A model generated the notes under the pieces. It made no database searches, was not told where the DNA came from, and saw only the letters and a program-made list of their open reading frames with translations. A DNA stretch of 64,000 nucleotides. It comes from Macrostomum hystrix. Lineage: Eukaryota > Animalia > Platyhelminthes. Shown here piece by piece: positions 63,601-64,000 of this stretch (the stretch's first letter is position 1; every line of letters begins with the position of its first letter). The position numbers and the translations under genes are program-made. The stretch lies in assembly GCA_950097015.1 (NCBI GenBank), contig CATNEN010000003.1:9672001-9736000 (forward strand), written 5' to 3'.

Positions 63601-64000
63601 CTCGTCATCGTTGCCAACACCAGCATTGAGTATGAATGAGTCTGCTGCGGTATCATCTGTGGCACTATCTGGCTCGCCTTCGACTGTCGCAGCCGCGACA
63701 ATCGGTCCTGCGATGGTCGCTGTTGTCCTGCCGCCGGCTTCGGGTCGGTGCGCGCCATGTCGAGCCGACTTAGACGGCCTGCTGGCCAGACGGCGGGCTG
63801 ACTCCGCCGTGCTGACAGCCTCGACTATGTCCTGTGGGGGAGGAGATTCTTCCAGTTATTCAACGAACGGCTTCCCCGGCTGCGAACTTTGGACACCGAG
63901 AGGCGTACTGGTGAATCACATCGCCGAGCATCGCGGCCGGATCAACACTTTGTCAGTGTCCGCCGATCATCGCACATTCGCTACGGCGTCCGACGATGCC
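51687..64000 (+). CDS. PIK3R4: Phosphoinositide 3-kinase regulatory subunit 4 (Vps15); continues beyond right edge
   Basis: Exons 51687-51820, 51899-52039, 55277-55769, 56082-56258, 57708-57886, 59087-59306, 59552-59983, 60452-60765, 61777-62237 and 63243-end. MGNQ myristoylation start; [30 protein letters not shown]; HGDIKSEN; [16 protein letters not shown]; [11 protein letters not shown]; MDVFSAGC; HEAT region (VLDRILPY); WD40 start [14 protein letters not shown]. Confidence 0.96.
52128..55268. repeat. 3.1-kb minisatellite, 23-bp unit GAACCTCAAGCCATCAGCATCCT (VPS15 intron 2)
   Basis: Array ends 8 nt before the exon 3 boundary. Confidence 0.97.
55880..56020 (+). mobile_element. 3' end of a short non-LTR retroposon with (ATT)n tail
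   Basis: GGCACAGTGAAAGTGTACACTGCCAGACGATGAGAAA followed by (ATT)n; an inverted homologue lies at 37681-37720. Confidence 0.55.
56450..56945. repeat. Minisatellite, 39-bp dimeric unit (VPS15 intron 4)
   Basis: GGTTTTAGGTTTCCCGAAGACTTGTAGGTTTCCTATAAT repeated. Confidence 0.93.
57085..57676. repeat. Minisatellite, 26-bp unit GAGTAGGTTTCCCTGAAGTTCCGATT (VPS15 intron 4)
   Basis: Tandem array ending ~30 nt before the acceptor. Confidence 0.95.
57980..59070. repeat. Minisatellite, 24-bp unit TCTACCTGTCTGCCTACTCACCAA, interrupted by a MITE (VPS15 intron 5)
   Basis: The array resumes in register after 58968. Confidence 0.92.
58543..58968. mobile_element. CMC/EnSpm-like MITE with 2-bp TSD
   Basis: CCCGCTAAAAAA...TTTTTTACAGGG termini with TG on both flanks. 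Confidence 0.75.
60015..60310. repeat. Minisatellite, 21-bp unit TTGATTCGGTTGCTATGGTCT (VPS15 intron 7)
   Basis: Tandem array. Confidence 0.95.
61085..61592. repeat. Minisatellite, 33-bp unit CCTAGATCTAATCTCACCGTGTCTATTCTCAAC (VPS15 intron 8)
   Basis: Tandem array. Confidence 0.95.
62290..63100. repeat. Minisatellite, 34/35-bp unit TTTTAGTCATTCAGTCTGAAGGTTCAGGGGGTAG (VPS15 intron 9)
   Basis: Tandem array. Confidence 0.95.

Overview
This is intron-rich, repeat-dense animal DNA. The ubiquitous minisatellites and poly-Ala/Gln tracts suggest a Macrostomum-like flatworm, which is an inference only. The 5' half of TBC1D31/WDR67 lies on the minus strand (start codon at 6223, running off the left edge). 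Next comes about 20 kb of nested transposons: a solo-LTR-like segment, a Harbinger-type Myb/SANT relic split by a Tc1/IS630-like element, and a MITE inside a MITE. That interval also holds a ~12 kb unit bounded by Helitron-like termini, containing a 5.7 kb 23-bp satellite, a 5'-truncated but uninterrupted BEL/Pao pol with its 3' LTR, and an 18-bp minisatellite. From 26 kb onward five genes run co-directionally on the plus strand: an orphan ORF, CCDC51/MITOK, BRF1, RER1 and VPS15/PIK3R4 (running off the right edge). Four observations stand out. (i) The CCDC51 frame begins in phase 0 at a splice acceptor with a mitochondrial-presequence-like peptide and no ATG, which fits initiation from a flatworm spliced-leader AUG in an operon-like cluster. 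(ii) Most large introns and spacers carry their own private 16-39 bp minisatellite, some made of splice-site motifs. (iii) The Helitron-bounded satellite/retrotransposon composite. (iv) Nested insertions that can be undone by eye. Most long ORFs in the supplied track are translation artefacts of tandem repeats.
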